A stretch of DNA of 64,000 nt from Camelus ferus (GCF_009834535.1 NC_045696.1:84570001-84634000); one strand, 5' to 3'. Numbered from the stretch's first letter, positions 49,545 to 62,825 are shown. A program made the numbers and translations. Notes: generated from the letters alone by a model not told the origin.

Positions 49545-50335
49545 TAATTGGAATGCCTAAAGTTCCATTTTGAGGTATTTATCCAAAGCACATGAAAACA
49601 TGTCTACATAAAGACACGTGTGTAGTTGTTTATACGAGCTTTACTTAAAATAGATTAAAGCTGGAAACAACCCAAAAGTCTACCAATAGGTGAATGATTA
49701 AACAAATTTTGATACAGTCACGAAATGAAATAAAATACAGTTGACTTTTGAATAACAAAATTTGAAATTTGCAGTTGACCTTATAAGCAGATTTTTTTTT
49801 TTCAGAAAACACACACTACAGTACTACATGATCTGAGGTTGGTTGAATCTTTAATGCAGGATGACAGATTGGGAGGGCCAACTCTAAAGTTCTGGTAGAT
49901 TTTCAACTTCTTGTGGAGGCGGTGCCCCTAACCCCTGCATTGTTCAAGGGTCAACTGTATTATTCAGCAATAAAAGTAATAAACTACTAAATACACCAAA
50001 CAATATGCATCTCAAAATCTCAGTGAAAAAGTTACACAACAAGATTAAATCATTCCATTCCATTCTAAGACAGTTGTTACAGTGCATGAAATTCTTTTTA
50101 AGATAAACTTCATCTGAGTTAGCAGAAACAGGTCAATTGTTTCCTAGGCTCTGGGTGTGAAAGAATGATGTGCAAGGGAAACTTTCTGGGTGATGGAAAT
50201 GTATTTCCATCTGTATCTTGAATGTGTTGGTGGCTACAAGTGTGCACAGACTGGTTGAAACCACTGAAACATATGCATGATATGAAGGCATTTTGTATAT
50301 TTAAGTTGTATCTCAATAAATACGATTTTTTTCTT
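49545..50335 (+). mobile_element. L1MD/ME-like 3' end, interrupted by a Tigger MITE
   Basis: ctggaaacaacccaaa...caataggtgaatg; resumes tattcagcaataaaag; gggaaactttctgggtgatggaaatg; ends tatctcaataaa. Confidence 0.85.
49738..49957 (+). mobile_element. Tigger2a/MER8-like TcMar-Tigger MITE
   Basis: TIRs CAGTTGACttTTGAAtAA and TTGTTCAAGGGTCAACTG; TA target duplication at 49736-49737 and 49958-49959. Confidence 0.92.
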
Positions 50336-50809
50336 AAATGATGCAGATATATAAAAATTCTAATTATTAGTTGTCAACATTTTATAATTATCCTCTTTTC
50401 ATAAAAGTTTAGGTGTCTCAGAAGATCATAGACTGTTTCAAAAATCTGAGGCAGTAAGGACTCATACCATTTTTATTGAAAAGTGAAGTAATCTACAAGG
50501 CTTTAACAACACAGCAGCAATGCCAACAACACAACTAACATTCATTGACTTCAATATGATAGAACTGTCTTTTTGTTTCATAATAACATCCCAGAAGTAA
50601 GTATCTCACTCCTGTTTTTCCCCTTCCGCCACGCCTAACAAGACTTCTCTCTGGGGCCTGTTTCTGGTGGCAACTTGTATCACAGCTGCGTACAAGCCGT
50701 AATTAAGTCCATAATTAGGTAAGATTTCTGGGGGTTTGGAGATGACAGTTTTATTTTGCATGTAAATGGAAATAATTGTGGACATAGGGGAGACCAGGCC
50801 AGGATAAAT

Positions 50810-51342
50810 TAAAAAATATGGTAACAAATATAGCCAACTATGCATGCCTCTGTGCAACATGACTTTCCTATTTTTCTCATCAGGAGATGGAGCTTGTTTG
50901 CCACCCCCCCCCCCCACCTCCTTAAATGTGGACTGGTCCTACTTACTTACACTAATAGAATATTGGGAAAGCAATGTGAAGTCATTTCCATGGCTAAGCC
51001 ATAAAAAACCTTTAGCTTCTTTTCTTATTCTTTTGAAATACTGCTCTTAGACTTCCCTATTAAGAGAGCCAGTCTTGCATATGGAAGGATGATGAGCCAC
51101 ATGGAGGAGAACCGAATCCTCCCCGTGGACATCAGCTCCCACTGACAGTGTTGCAAAAGACTATATTGGATCTTCCAGCTCAGAGACCCTGCTCTCTGAA
51201 TACAACTGTAAAAATGAGCTCAGGCAAAACTAACAAAGAAACTGCCTGGGAAACAAATGGAAGCTTGGAAAGAAAAAGTTAAGGTTGTTTTAAATCGCTA
51301 CATTTTGGGGTGATTTGTAACGTAGTGAAGACCGATAAATAC
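50810..51342 (+). mobile_element. MaLR LTR, MLT1F/G/H-like
   Basis: catcaggagatggag, ctaatagaat, gccacatggaggagaaccga, ttgttttaaatcgctacattttggggtgatttgtaacgtag. Confidence 0.8.
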
Positions 51343-51354
51343 CTGACTGCCGCG

Positions 51355-51392
51355 TTGATATCCATCATTGCTTTTGATATCCATCATTGCTT
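51355..51392. repeat. Perfect 19-bp tandem duplication
   Basis: TTGATATCCATCATTGCTT occurs twice. Confidence 0.95.
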
Positions 51393-51457
51393 ACTCTTTT
51401 CAACTTTTTCCCATAACACTAGTGACTTTTAACAAATTACATAATTTAATTATTATT

Positions 51458-51608
51458 ACAATTATATTGAGGTATAATTGACATGTTAGTTTCAGGTGTA
51501 CAGCACAATGATTATATATTTGTATATATTGTTAAATGATAACCCCAATAAGTCTAGTTAACATCTGTCAACATACATAGTCACAAAACTGTTTTCCTTG
51601 TTATAAAT
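51458..51608 (-). mobile_element. Short 5'-truncated L1 3' end with TSD
   Basis: attgaggtataattgaca...tttcaggtgtacagcacaatgatt...ataagtctagttaacatc. Flanking direct repeat TTTAATTATTATT at 51445-51457 and 51609-51621. Confidence 0.8.
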
Positions 51609-52681
51609 TTTAATTATTATTGTTAATGGCAGGGATTGAATAAATAAATGAATGAGTGAATAAATCTGAACTGTGATATAATGTCGGCATATGTAGTATT
51701 TCTGGAAAAAAGTATTAAAATTACATAAGCTTTTCACTTGTGCAATTGTGTCATCATAAGTGGAAAGTATATTTTTCTCAGATTTTTGTTTTTATTCTAT
51801 GGTTATTTCTTAACATTTTTCCTATTTTTAGAAAAAAATTTTTTCAATCATTTACTATTTTAATTTAAATCCATTTTACCATATTTATAAAGTAAGAGTA
51901 GACACAGGTTACCTCTGCAGGCTTTATTTTTATGAGCTGAGACAATCATAAAACATGGAAAAGGCTCAACTATGGCAATTACTATAGGACGGACGTGTTT
52001 TATCTAACAGTTGGAAACCTGGAAATCTCTTCCCCTCTCAATGCCAAAGGGCCTGTTCTCATAGCTTTCAGGGTCAATGGATCTCACATTTCAAAGACTG
52101 CCTTGTAATACCTGATTCATTTTAAAGAAATCCTGCATTTACGACTTCAGCTAATCTGTTATTACCTTCCTTAGCACCATATCAAAGGATGAGTGTTAAC
52201 AACGTAAAGTCTCCTCCACAGGGCTAATGCTGACTCAGCTTTCTACCTGTTTTATTATTCTATCATCTTACAAAAATTCTGAATATTTCCAGAGCTATGA
52301 TTTTTAGTTTCTCAGTTCCTAAATTACTTGTAAACTGATAAATTCTGTGCATACACCCACACTCATAAACCAAAGACTTCTGAACAGCCTAATATAGGGA
52401 CTAAAGCAAATAACGGCCTTGAAATATTGGAAATTAAATAGTACTCCACTCCTCGCACTGTTTAAATTATAGTATTCGTTATTAGTCAAGACTGTACCAC
52501 ATCTTACAGTTTATATTTATCTAATTTGATCATCATCTAAACCTGTGAAGAAGCAGAGATTTTTATGGAATTTCAGTCACTTAAAAAAGGTGTTTTAGAC
52601 ATATGGAGAAACAGATCTGTCTCCAATTCCAATGCTTTTTTTCCAAATACTACATTTGCTCCTATTGGCACCAAATGATGA

Positions 52682-53082
52682 TTTTGCAGTTTGGATTATC
52701 TGGAAATACACACCGGGATGAAGTGTGGCCTGCAAGATATATGTTAAAGATAAACATGTGCGAAAGGAAAGGGGGAGATATAGGATCAGGCATTGGGATG
52801 CAGTCAGGAAAAACCTTGGGCAACCTGACAAGAAGCTTGGGGAAAATTAGGACTTATCAAGGCTTCTTAGACTGGGCCAAAATGGATGTGCCTTTATAAT
52901 CTTCCTGTCTCATTCAGTCACCATATGTGGACTGACCTCAGGCTAGTCAGTAATCCATAGCTGGGGAAGATCCGGAAGGAGTGGACAGCTGCAGACTCTG
53001 GGCTGCCTGCACTCTCCACAGCCAGAGGAGAGCAGTCCTCCCTGAAAGGGGAATTTGGACAGCAAGCTCTGTGTCTAACACA
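52682..53082 (-). mobile_element. ERVL solo LTR, LTR16A-like
   Basis: Reverse complement starts TGTGTTAGACACAGAG...CAAATTCCCCTTTCAGGGAGGACT and contains TATAAAGGC; approximate 5-bp TSD GATGA/GATGT. Confidence 0.8.
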
Positions 53083-53185
53083 GATGTTATAAAAAGAAAT
53101 TGCTTCTTCCCTAAATTTCTCCAGTACTCCCCGTCATCCATGTTCCAAACATGGGCGCATAGCGAGGAAGCAAATCTCTTAGAAA

Positions 53186-53322
53186 TGCCTGCCTCCCTGC
53201 CTGCCTTCTTCCTTCCTTCCCTCCCTCTTTTCTCTTTTCTTTTCTCTTCCCTTCATTTCCCTCCCTCATTCCCTTCCTTTCTTCCTTCCTGCCTTCCTTC
53301 CTTCTCTCTCTTTCTTTCTTTC
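53186..53322. repeat. (CCTG/CCTT/CTTT)n polypyrimidine tract
   Basis: Almost pure C/T tetranucleotide repeats. Confidence 0.9.
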
Positions 53323-54831
53323 TGAAAGTGGAGAGAAGACAGATAGGATAGTGACCTTGGAACCGAAGAACTACATAATGATGAGCTCCATGGGTTTTCT
53401 TTCTGCCAAAATACAAAAAACAAAAAAAAATTTCCAAGAGGAGCCAGTTATAGAAGAGTGTTCACAATATTGTGAGATTTACTGCTAGGAGCTTTAAAGC
53501 ACAAATTTTAAAATGACCACTTATTCTTCAATTATTTACTAATTCTTGTTAGTGTACTCAGTATGGAAAAAACTACACATTGCACACTCGTTTCTTTCAC
53601 ACTTGTACATATAGACAGCAATGTTATTAGAAGGATTTTTAAAAAAGAAATTGAAGAGCCTAACTAATTAAGTGCAACTTAAGCCTGGTAGAAGTTTGAC
53701 CAAATGACATGGAGGCTGTGAGCAAAGTGAGGATTCTGTTTATTCACAAAAATAAAACTGACCGGGACTAGTACCACTATACTTATTCCTTGTCCAAAGT
53801 ATCACTGCTGTGTGTAGGTTAAGTTCACGAAATTCTACTGGATAGAAAGAAATTTTTATTTCTATCAGTGGGACTGAAATGTATCACCCCAAAAGAGAGC
53901 TTTAATGTCTTTAACTGATCTGCAGAGTTTGCCTGGGATCTCAGAATCCTGTTTAAAGGAAGTAAAATAAATAAATAAAACACACAGTGAAAAAACTCAA
54001 ATGCTGTGTCTTCTATTAAAAAACAAGACTACAAATCTTAAAGAATAGAGTTGATAGTATATATCTTCTCTAATCATTTACTTCTCCCAATTCCATTTTA
54101 AAAATCTGCTCTGCACTCTCAAATATTATTAAAATGGAAAATTTCTCTTCTTGAAATTTTCTATCCAACAATGTTCTTCCTGATGTAATCCACTGTATTT
54201 TTTTTCCATTTCAGTAAGAAAGAAATAAATGGAACAGAACTATATATCACATAATATTAAACATTAAAGAGGTGAATTTTGAAATATTTGTTTATCCTGA
54301 GTTATGTCACTCCACAACTTTTGAAAACTTACATCACCTTCTTTGGTTTATTTAATTCATTAAATTTTTCAATAAAGTCCTTTCTCTTTTTAAAATCTTT
54401 CCAACTTTATTACAGCTTTAAATTTTATGGTTGTTTGGTCGAACAATTTAAAAAATTTAGAAAGAAATAATCCATTTAAATGGAAAAGAAGATTGTTTTA
54501 CTTATAGCTAAACAATATCCTCATCTCAACCAAAATAGGAAGGTTGATAAATATTGATATCATGGTGCTTTTGAACGTAAAATTCATAAAAGGCAGAAGT
54601 AATGTTCTTTTCTACTTCTGTACTTACTGCATTTGATTATTTTTGTTCAAATGTGCGTAACTTTCTTCTCCTGCATTAAGGTCACTGGAGAACCCACACT
54701 TAGTAGAATGATAGGAAACGTCTGCAAAATAAATAGAAAGCTTATCCAATAGTGTTTCACAGAAGAGTTCAGGTAATGACAGCTATGCACATTTTGAGGA
54801 CTGTACACTGCTCTTTTGATTTCAAATGCAC

Positions 54832-55075
54832 TAATAATAATACTAATAATAGCAAAGCTACCAGGTGTGCAAATAATCTTACTGGAATATTTATATAGAT
54901 TGTTTCATTTCATACTTACTCATAATCATCCTACAAATACCAATATTATCCCATTACTAATATAAACAAACGAAGGCTTAGAAAGGATAATTATCTTGCA
55001 TGGGGTCACATAGATAGCAGGTGGGCAAGCCTAGATTTAAAAATACTGTCTCTAGAATAAAAAGCCTTTGTCTTA
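54832..55075 (-). mobile_element. MIR SINE
   Basis: taataatagc...tattatcccatt...aaacgaaggcttagaaagg...cttgcatggggtcacatag. Confidence 0.75.
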
Positions 55076-55699
55076 ATGCACGGGGACACGGGGAAACAAA
55101 ACCATGAGTTCTCCAATATTATAGTGAGCATGTGTCAAAACAACTTACTTGTGTTTGTCCTCAAGGAATTACATCCCTTGACTTCTCTTTTTCTGTCTGT
55201 ATTGAGACACAGTCTTGAAATATTAACTGCTATATTTTAATTCCCATGATTTTCAGTTTTCCTAACTGACTCATAGTTTTCTGCTAATTGATTCAATTTC
55301 AGTCTTTGCTTCAGAAAGCAGGATCAATTTGGGTTTAAAATTCACCTTTGCTAAGTACTTAATGGAAGCACTTTTACTTAAAAGCATTTAATCGAGAGAG
55401 AAATTTTTTTGTTTGTTTTGTATTTTTAATTCCAAAAGGCTCTCTTTAAGCATCAAGATCCAGAATCTGGCTAACATAGATCATAGATGTTTAAAAAAAG
55501 ACAAAAAAGAGGGGAAAAAAAGAAACTAGTTCAAGGCAAGATGCAAGAGAAGGATGAAACAGCGTACTTCTAGCTTGCCAGAGAGCTGCATCCCATCCTG
55601 GGTGGACAGAAAAGCACTGAAACATCTCTATTTTTTTTGCATACATACTTAAAATCCAGTAGGGCCTTCAACCACCACTTTTTTGAGGGTGTGGAAAAG

Positions 55700-56285
55700 T
55701 CTTAAAAGTTCATCCTTATCCCCAGTCCTCCCCTGTGAGCATCAGATAAAAAAGCTGAGAACTGGGGAACACGAAGCAACATGTTTATGTGGGGGAAACT
55801 ATGGCCTGGGATGAAGAGGTGACTGCAAAGGCTGTAGGATAAATATCCCATGCAAGAAACTAGATTAAAAAAAGATGGAGCCAAGTGATTAGGTGGGCAG
55901 ACTCTGAGTTCCCCTCCAGCTCCTGGACACTGAGAATGGACTACAAGTCACACTACCTGGTAAATTACAGCAGATACCGGCGGAGATGAGTTCCATATTT
56001 CAGACTAGCCATATTTACTTCAAGCTCAGAAACCACTCCCCTGATGACAAGATGATTAATAGCTCCCTTCCCTTCCCAGATACACCCAGAGAAGAAAGAA
56101 AATGAGGAGCAAGGTACAACCATGAATCTGTCTGAGCTTAAGTCTTGACTTGACTGAAAGTGACCTTTATTTACCAACTTTTAGTTTTTTTTTTTTCTTT
56201 CTGCTTTCAATGCAAATAGGGAATTGTGAGCTAAGCTGAATTCTGTTATAAAGAAATAAAGCTGCAATTTAGCACACCAAGTATT
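55700..56285 (+). mobile_element. Possible ancient Gypsy-like mammalian LTR (MamGypLTR/LTR85-type)
   Basis: The 3' segment gggaattgtgagctaagctgaattctgttataaagaaataaagctgcaatttagcacacc resembles these LTR ends; the upstream part is purine/GC-enriched. Confidence 0.35.
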
Positions 56286-56734
56286 AACTTTAAAGTTTAA
56301 CTGTGAACTTTAACACTTAGAAAATTATCATCTACACTCAAACTCTGACGAATTTTATTTCATTACACTCTCACCCAAATATATTAAATGAATCACATAT
56401 TATTATTCATTTTTAAACTCTCTTTTTAAAATATTCTTAATTACCTATTTCTACAATAGAATATGGTATATTTATTAAGTTGGAGATACAGTGAATTACA
56501 TTAGAGCCAAGTCATAATGGGACAATGCTGGGAAAATTACTATACTAGAAATCAGAATTGAAGATAAGTATATATTTTTATGTGGCTTCCTGTAACCCAA
56601 ACTGAAGTGTGGAAATATAAAGATGTAAGTAGTTCTTAATATAAGATGCAACAGTTTATAAAGTGAGGTAACCTATTCTATAGTATCTAATAGTAGAATG
56701 GATTTGCCTCATGGTTATATCTATCTATTATCTG

Positions 56735-57245
56735 CATATTAGTATCCTATTGCTGCTATAATAAAAATACCACAAACTTTGCAGCTTAAAATAATGTAAG
56801 TTAATTATTTTGCAGTTCTGGAGTTCAGAAGTTCAACCTGGGTCTCACTGGGCTAAAATGAAGGTGTTGACAAGGCTGCCTCCCTTCTGGTGGTTCTTGA
56901 GGAATTTTCCTTGCCCTTTCCAGCTTCAGTATCTCACCTGCATTCCTTGGCTTGTGTCCCCTTCTCCACGTTGAATGAGAGCAATTGCTTCACTCTGACT
57001 TCTGCTTCCATCATCACTTCTCCTCCTCTTACTTTGACTCCCCTGCTGTCACCTATTACTTATAGAGATGCTTATAATACTGGGCCCAGTGGAAGAAGGA
57101 ATATTCCAGGATAATCTCTCCCTATCGAAAAATCCTTAACTTAATCCTTCTGCAGTGCAGTCTCTTTCCCATGTAAGGTGACATTCATCATTTCCAGGAA
57201 TTAGGAGGTGAACATTTTGGAGGGACCATTATCCTGCCCACCATA
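56735..57245 (-). mobile_element. MaLR solo LTR, MLT1D/C-like
   Basis: attagtatcctattgctgctata...accacaaact...gggtctcactgggctaaaatgaaggtgt...ccaggataatctc...ccatgtaaggtgacattca...ccattatcctgcccacca. Confidence 0.92.
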
Positions 57246-57609
57246 CATACATTGCACAATAAAAGAAAACATTGGCAATTTAGCGTTTCTTATATTGATG
57301 CACTATTGCACTAATACATTTGAGGGAAATATTTTAAAATGTACCTCTCTGGATTCGTGTAGGTGAAATACATAATTTTTGGTAATGAAGCTTAATACAA
57401 GTTTTACTTGTCTTCAAATGTCAAATGTAATCATTCGAAATTGTTCATTTACAATTAAGCTTTAGGTATGAGGATATATAAAGCAAAATTGCCATATTAT
57501 TATGACATAATTGAATTTTGTTGGTATATGAGGGAACAACAATGCTACCTGTACATGCAAGAAGGCCTCTTCCTTTCTTCCTCTTTTTTTCTTTTTTCTT
57601 TCTTATGTT

Positions 57610-59505
57610 CTGTCTGTCTTGTTGCTCTCTGTCTTTATTTGTTTACTTGTTTCTTGTTTTTCTTTCTTTCTTTCTGTCTTCCATTGTTTTCCAGATTTTT
57701 TTGGATTTAATTGAGTTTTATATAATTCCTTTTTTCTCCCCTCTTAGCATATCAACTATAATTTCTGACATTTTTAGTAACTGTCTTTTAGTTTTCAATA
57801 TATGTTTCAACAAATCCAAGTCCTCTTTCAAATAATACTCTACTGCTTCACAGGGAGTGCAAGTACCTTGTATCAGCGTATTCTGAATTCCTCCCTCTAC
57901 ATCTGAAATTGGTGCCATTCATTTCCCTTATCCATGAGCTATTGGCCCTGAGTGCATTACTGTTGTTATTATTTTAAATAGTTATCTGCTGGGTCAATTA
58001 AGAATGAGAAAAATTAAAAAATTTTGCTTTACTTTCATTTATTCCTCCTCTAACACTCTTCCTTTTATTGTGTAGATCCAAGTTTTTTTATTTTTCGTCC
58101 TTCTGAAGAATTTCTATGATCATTTCTTGTGAGGCAGGGCTGCTGGCAAGAAGTTTCCTCAATTTTCGTTTGTCTGAGAGTCTTTATTTCTTATTCACTT
58201 TTGAAGAAAATTTTCCTGAATACAGAATTCTGGGTTGGTAATTTTTTTCCCCCATTACTTAAATTTTTTCATTCCTCTTTTTGCTTGCATGGTTTCTGAA
58301 GAGAAATTCAGTGTAATTCTTATTTGTGCTCCTTAATTGCTAAAGTTTTGTTTCTCCCTTTTATTTTCAAGATCATTTCTTTGTCTTTGATTTTCTGCAG
58401 TTTGAACATGATATGTCTAGGTGTGTCTGTTTTGTTATTTTACCTGCTTGGTGTTCTCCGAGCTCTCTGGATCTGTGGGTTGGTGTTTATCAGTCATTTT
58501 GGGAAATTATCTATCATTATTGCTTCAAAATTTTCTGTGCTCCCTTTTCTCTTTTTTCTCCTGATATTCACATTACACGTATGTTGTACATTTTACAATT
58601 ATTTCACGGTTCTTGGATATTCTGCCTTGTCTTTTTCATTCTTTAAGTTTCTATTGACATTTCTTCAGACTCACTGATTCTTTTCTTAGTTGTGTCTTTA
58701 TTGAAATGGTAAGGTGTGGTTGGAGGGGAAGTATTCTACAATCCTATAATTAGGTTCTTTAGCCTATGTTCATGGGCTGTAACCTTCACAAGTGCTTCTC
58801 AGTTCATTTGTTTGTTTTTCCCTCAGATTAGAAAGGAAGATCAGTCCAGGCTGGGGTCGGACATTTCCCTTCCTCCAGGTGGAAGGTCAGAAAGGCTGGA
58901 CATAGGTATTCTCTTCCACCATGTGGAAGTCTAGAAGGGGCTGGGATTATGTATTTCCCTTCCCCTGGCTAATTAGGCTCTATCAAAACCCCAGTCAGTT
59001 AGGCTCTAGTGAAATAAATTCTCTTGAAGGCCGGACTTGTTAAGAGGAACAGAATACTCTGGTCATATTTCAAAATGGCTGCTTCCTGCCTCTTCCTGCC
59101 AGTAACATGAAGGGGTTTTCTTCTGTTTTGTTATAAGAACCTGGTAAGGGCACCTGCAGGTAAAAGTCACATTATGTGTGGGCTTTCCTAGGACTGGACA
59201 CACCTGGAGTTTTTAACTCTCAAACCTATCTACAGTGAGCCTTCAGTAATTCAATTACATTTTTAGTTTCCCAACCCCAGTACAAGTTCACAGAGACATT
59301 TCTTTTTCTGAGCTTCTGGTCTGGTAAGTTGTGATCCTTTGTATTTGTCTCTCTAACTTCTGGGACAGCAGCTTGCCCTGTAACCTCAGTTCTCTGATGA
59401 ATCTCAGAGAACTGATGATTTTCAGTATTTTTAGCTTTTTTTTTTGTTGTGAAGATCTAAGTGATGGCTTCCAAGTTCCTTACATATTGGACTAGAAACC
59501 AAAAG
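57610..59505 (-). mobile_element. Old L1 (L1MC/MD-like) 5'UTR-ORF1-linker region
   Basis: tcctcaattttcgtttgtctgagagtctttatttc, tacagaattctgggttgg, ttgcatggtttctgaagagaaattc; 5' end cctcagttctctgatgaatct...ttccaagttccttacatattggactagaaacc. Confidence 0.85.
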
Positions 59506-59894
59506 TCACTTCATTCATTTTTATTGCTTAATTTTAACATTCCATTTTATGGATATCAGATCCCAGAAGATTTCTAGGTCTTAATGATTGATTGTTTTTA
59601 TTATATAACACCCTCAGTTTGCTTTGTAGAAATATTTAAAATTAAGCATAATTATTTCTTGCTTGATACATCAGAGTGAATTAACTGTAAGAAATACTGA
59701 CCTAGTTAATTTTCCACTGTCCTCTCTTCTAGTTTAAAAATTCTGAAATGATTTGCCAATACTGGATCAGAGAGTAGGAAAAAAGCACTGATTTTATCCC
59801 TTCAAAGCTTATCTGGTCAGAAATTTCACAAATATAGCAAAAGGATTGAGATATTGTTTAGTCCAAAATAAAAACTAAATGTAACTGGCCAGTA

Positions 59895-60265
59895 TCCACA
59901 TAGTTTCTTTTCTCATATATTTTGTAATGTGGTTTGGGCCATAGGTTTATATTCTGGCCAGTAGGATATGGCAGGAAGTAATGTACACCACTTCCAGTTC
60001 TGCCCACAAAATTCTTTGGTTAGTAATGCTTGTTCTCTTTTCCTATCAGCAGCAAGTTTGGGGGTGACCTGCTTAAGTATGTAGTAACACAAAGAGGGAA
60101 GAATGACAGATCCCCGAGACACTGTTTGAAAGACAGTTACTAAGAATATTAAAGCAACCTGACTTGAACTATGACATAAGCAAGACATAAACTTGAATGT
60201 GGTAAGCCAAAAAGATTTGGGGGCTTACTTGTCATAGAAGACTACATCTGGCCTATTCTAGTACT
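59895..60265 (+). mobile_element. MaLR LTR, MLT1I/J-like
   Basis: ttctggccagtaggatatggcaggaagtaatgtacaccacttccag; ataaacttgaatgtggtaagcca...gatttgggg. Confidence 0.75.
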
Positions 60266-60379
60266 TAAATTATGGCAATGCATGAAGCAATCATTAAGTT
60301 AAAATGGTGGAACAAACAAAATATGGCAAACAAAGGGAGAAAACAAATTCTCAACTATTTTGGTAAGGAGATTTCACTG

Positions 60380-60970
60380 CATCCTCTATAAGGGAAATGA
60401 TCTATTCCAATCAACTTTATGCCTACTTGAGTATAGTCTCAACTTGAATACATATGAATACACATTATTGCTGATGGACACTTGGAAGTGGCTACAGTGT
60501 GGCTGAGTGATGGACCATGAATAGCATCCACAACCTCTTTCCTCATGTGCTCATTAAGTAAGTGCAAGGGTGGCTAGGGAAAAGGCTACCTGACTTCCTC
60601 AAAGTAGGAAATCTTGTTGATATTATAAATTGCCTCCTCCCAGTAACAGCTTTTAGGAGATATTCACCTATGGAATTCATATTCTTCTAATTTGGTCTGC
60701 ATGCTTCTAGACATGCACACATTTTTGCGTAGGTGAATCATTTAACACCTATTTTGTACTGAGTTGTTCAAGTAGCACTGTCTCTTGGTGTCCTGTGGTC
60801 AGGTACTTAGTCCCTACCAGGCCTAGTGACAAGTCAGCAGCTATTTCTCAAAAGAAGTATATTTACTTGCTGAGGAGAGAAAGCTGTACTCCAAAACCAT
60901 GTGGACCCTCTGCTGTGAATGTGGTTCTCCTGCAGGGGTTTGTCACAAGATCAATACAGTGAATACAGCG
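60380..60970 (-). mobile_element. ERVL/MaLR internal (pol-derived) fragment
   Basis: The minus strand of 60790-60960 translates L*QTPAGE...SSASKYTSFEK*LLTCH*A, matching the ERVL pol connection motif LWQAP.GE...YSPFEKQLLACYWA. The left boundary is uncertain. Confidence 0.65.
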
Positions 60971-60994
60971 TCTCAAGCACTTCCTATTCTGTTT

Positions 60995-61950
60995 CTTTTT
61001 GTCATGTCAGCCCTTTCCAACTCCTGAAACCTATCTATTGTGCCCTCTGAGATTCACTGTTTATTGCCAGTAAAACCCTTTAGATTTTTAATCTAAACAA
61101 TTTTCTTACTTTCGTCCTCCTGTGAAAACCTGGCTTTCCCTGAGAACATTGCTTTCTCTGCAGCATTCTAAAGTGATTTTTCTCCCACACATTTATATCT
61201 ATCTGTTTATCTATCTATCTATCAATCTATCATCTCCCTGGGGCTGAGATGGAGGTTGAGAGGAAATGGGTAGGGGTAAACATCCCTATTGCTTTTCTTG
61301 CCAATTTTATAAATTTCCCTTTGCAGCTCCCTAACCACACCCCAGAATGATTTCTGTAAATCAGATGTCCATTAACCTTCATTGTTACAGTTTTATCTTC
61401 CAGCCCCTAGAGCATTCCTCCTCATTTTTTTACAGTATCACCTTTTAGCTCACAATCATTCTTGCCAAATACACTTCTATCTTAATTGTCCAGTCATTTT
61501 GTCCTCCACCCTACAAAATTAAACATTCATTTTATCTCATTCTGCCTCTATCTTCCCAGACCACTCCCCTAATGCCTCCACTTTGATGCTCTTTGGCCAC
61601 AGCAGGGAATATAATTATTTTATCCTATCACATTTTTATTATCTGTCAAATATCTGATTTTCTAACTTTTCTCATCAGCCATGTTACATTTTGTGGCTAA
61701 TATCTAATCATTTGCTTGATATATCCTTGACCCCAAACATGTCTCTTGTTTCTGCTTATTCTCATCAAAATTACAGTTTTACAGAATCTTTCTTGCCTAT
61801 TTTATAACTATGTTTGTGCAACAACTAAACTTGGTTGGAGAAAAATATTCAAGCACATTCATGGCCATAGTGAAGTTGATTCTTAACGCTGAAAAACAAT
61901 CACTATCCTTCCATTTTTCTTAATATTAGGTATTTCACTCTTCTCAATAC
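60995..61950 (+). mobile_element. L2 ORF2 endonuclease-region remnant
   Basis: C/T-rich; tgaaaacctggctttccctgagaacattgctt (ETWL-like), then a G-rich GGG-V-like motif; (TCTA)n at about 61196-61232. Confidence 0.65.
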
Positions 61951-61959
61951 CCCATTTCT

Positions 61960-62787
61960 CACCCCAAGGAAGAAACTGGATTTATACCCTCATCTGAAGC
62001 AACCCCTTCCTAAAAAATAAGAAAAAAACAAATAAATAAATAAAAATAAAATGGAAGGCAAAATATAATACATGGTTTGTAAAACACTGTAAATCAGGCT
62101 AGAAAAAGATAATGATTCCTTAGAGACAGGAAACACATGTGATGAAACCTCTGATTTCCCCAGCTTACTACTTTCAGAGAAGTTATGGGCTGTGGCACAG
62201 TGAAGAGAAAACTAGATAAAGCCTGGAAGACTCCTTGCATTAAGGAAGTGGAAATGAGAGTCTGTAGAGACCAGGATAGCTAGAATTTGAAGAACAGAAT
62301 ACTAGAGAGAAGACAGCTGCACAGAGAGAAAACTTCAGAGATCTCCAGAGTATCCCCTTTGGGTAGTAACTGGGGAATAAGTGTAAGAAAACTACTGAAA
62401 GCTGGAAAATAAATCATTTGAAAGTATTAAAAGATATATTGCCCAATACTTACCTAGGACTGAAAAACCTTATAACTCACAGAGCATTGGATAGAGTACA
62501 GGAAAGAGTTTTGATTCAATAATGGAGAATATCCCTAAAAACTGCTCTATGGATCTAATAGAGTTTAAAGGTAAGACTCAAAAGGATTAAACTCTTTCCA
62601 AGTAATATAACTGTATCACAAAACAAAAGTAAAGAAGTAAAAGCACAATGTCCGGTATTCAATCAAAATTACCAGGCATATAAAGGAGCAGAAAAATAAG
62701 ACTTATTATTAAGAGAAAACCAATCAATCAAAATTGACTCAGAACTACATAGATATTAGGAATTACAGACATTAGTATATTAAGACA

Positions 62788-62825
<38 letters not shown>

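Noticed and set aside
52947..53437. 108-114 aa ORFs
   Set aside because: They derive from the LTR16A-like element and the (CCTT)n tract, giving low-complexity PSF/RKEG translations.
57468..58934. Hydrophobic membrane-protein-like ORFs
   Set aside because: T-rich antisense L1 and low-complexity DNA yields F/L-rich frames.
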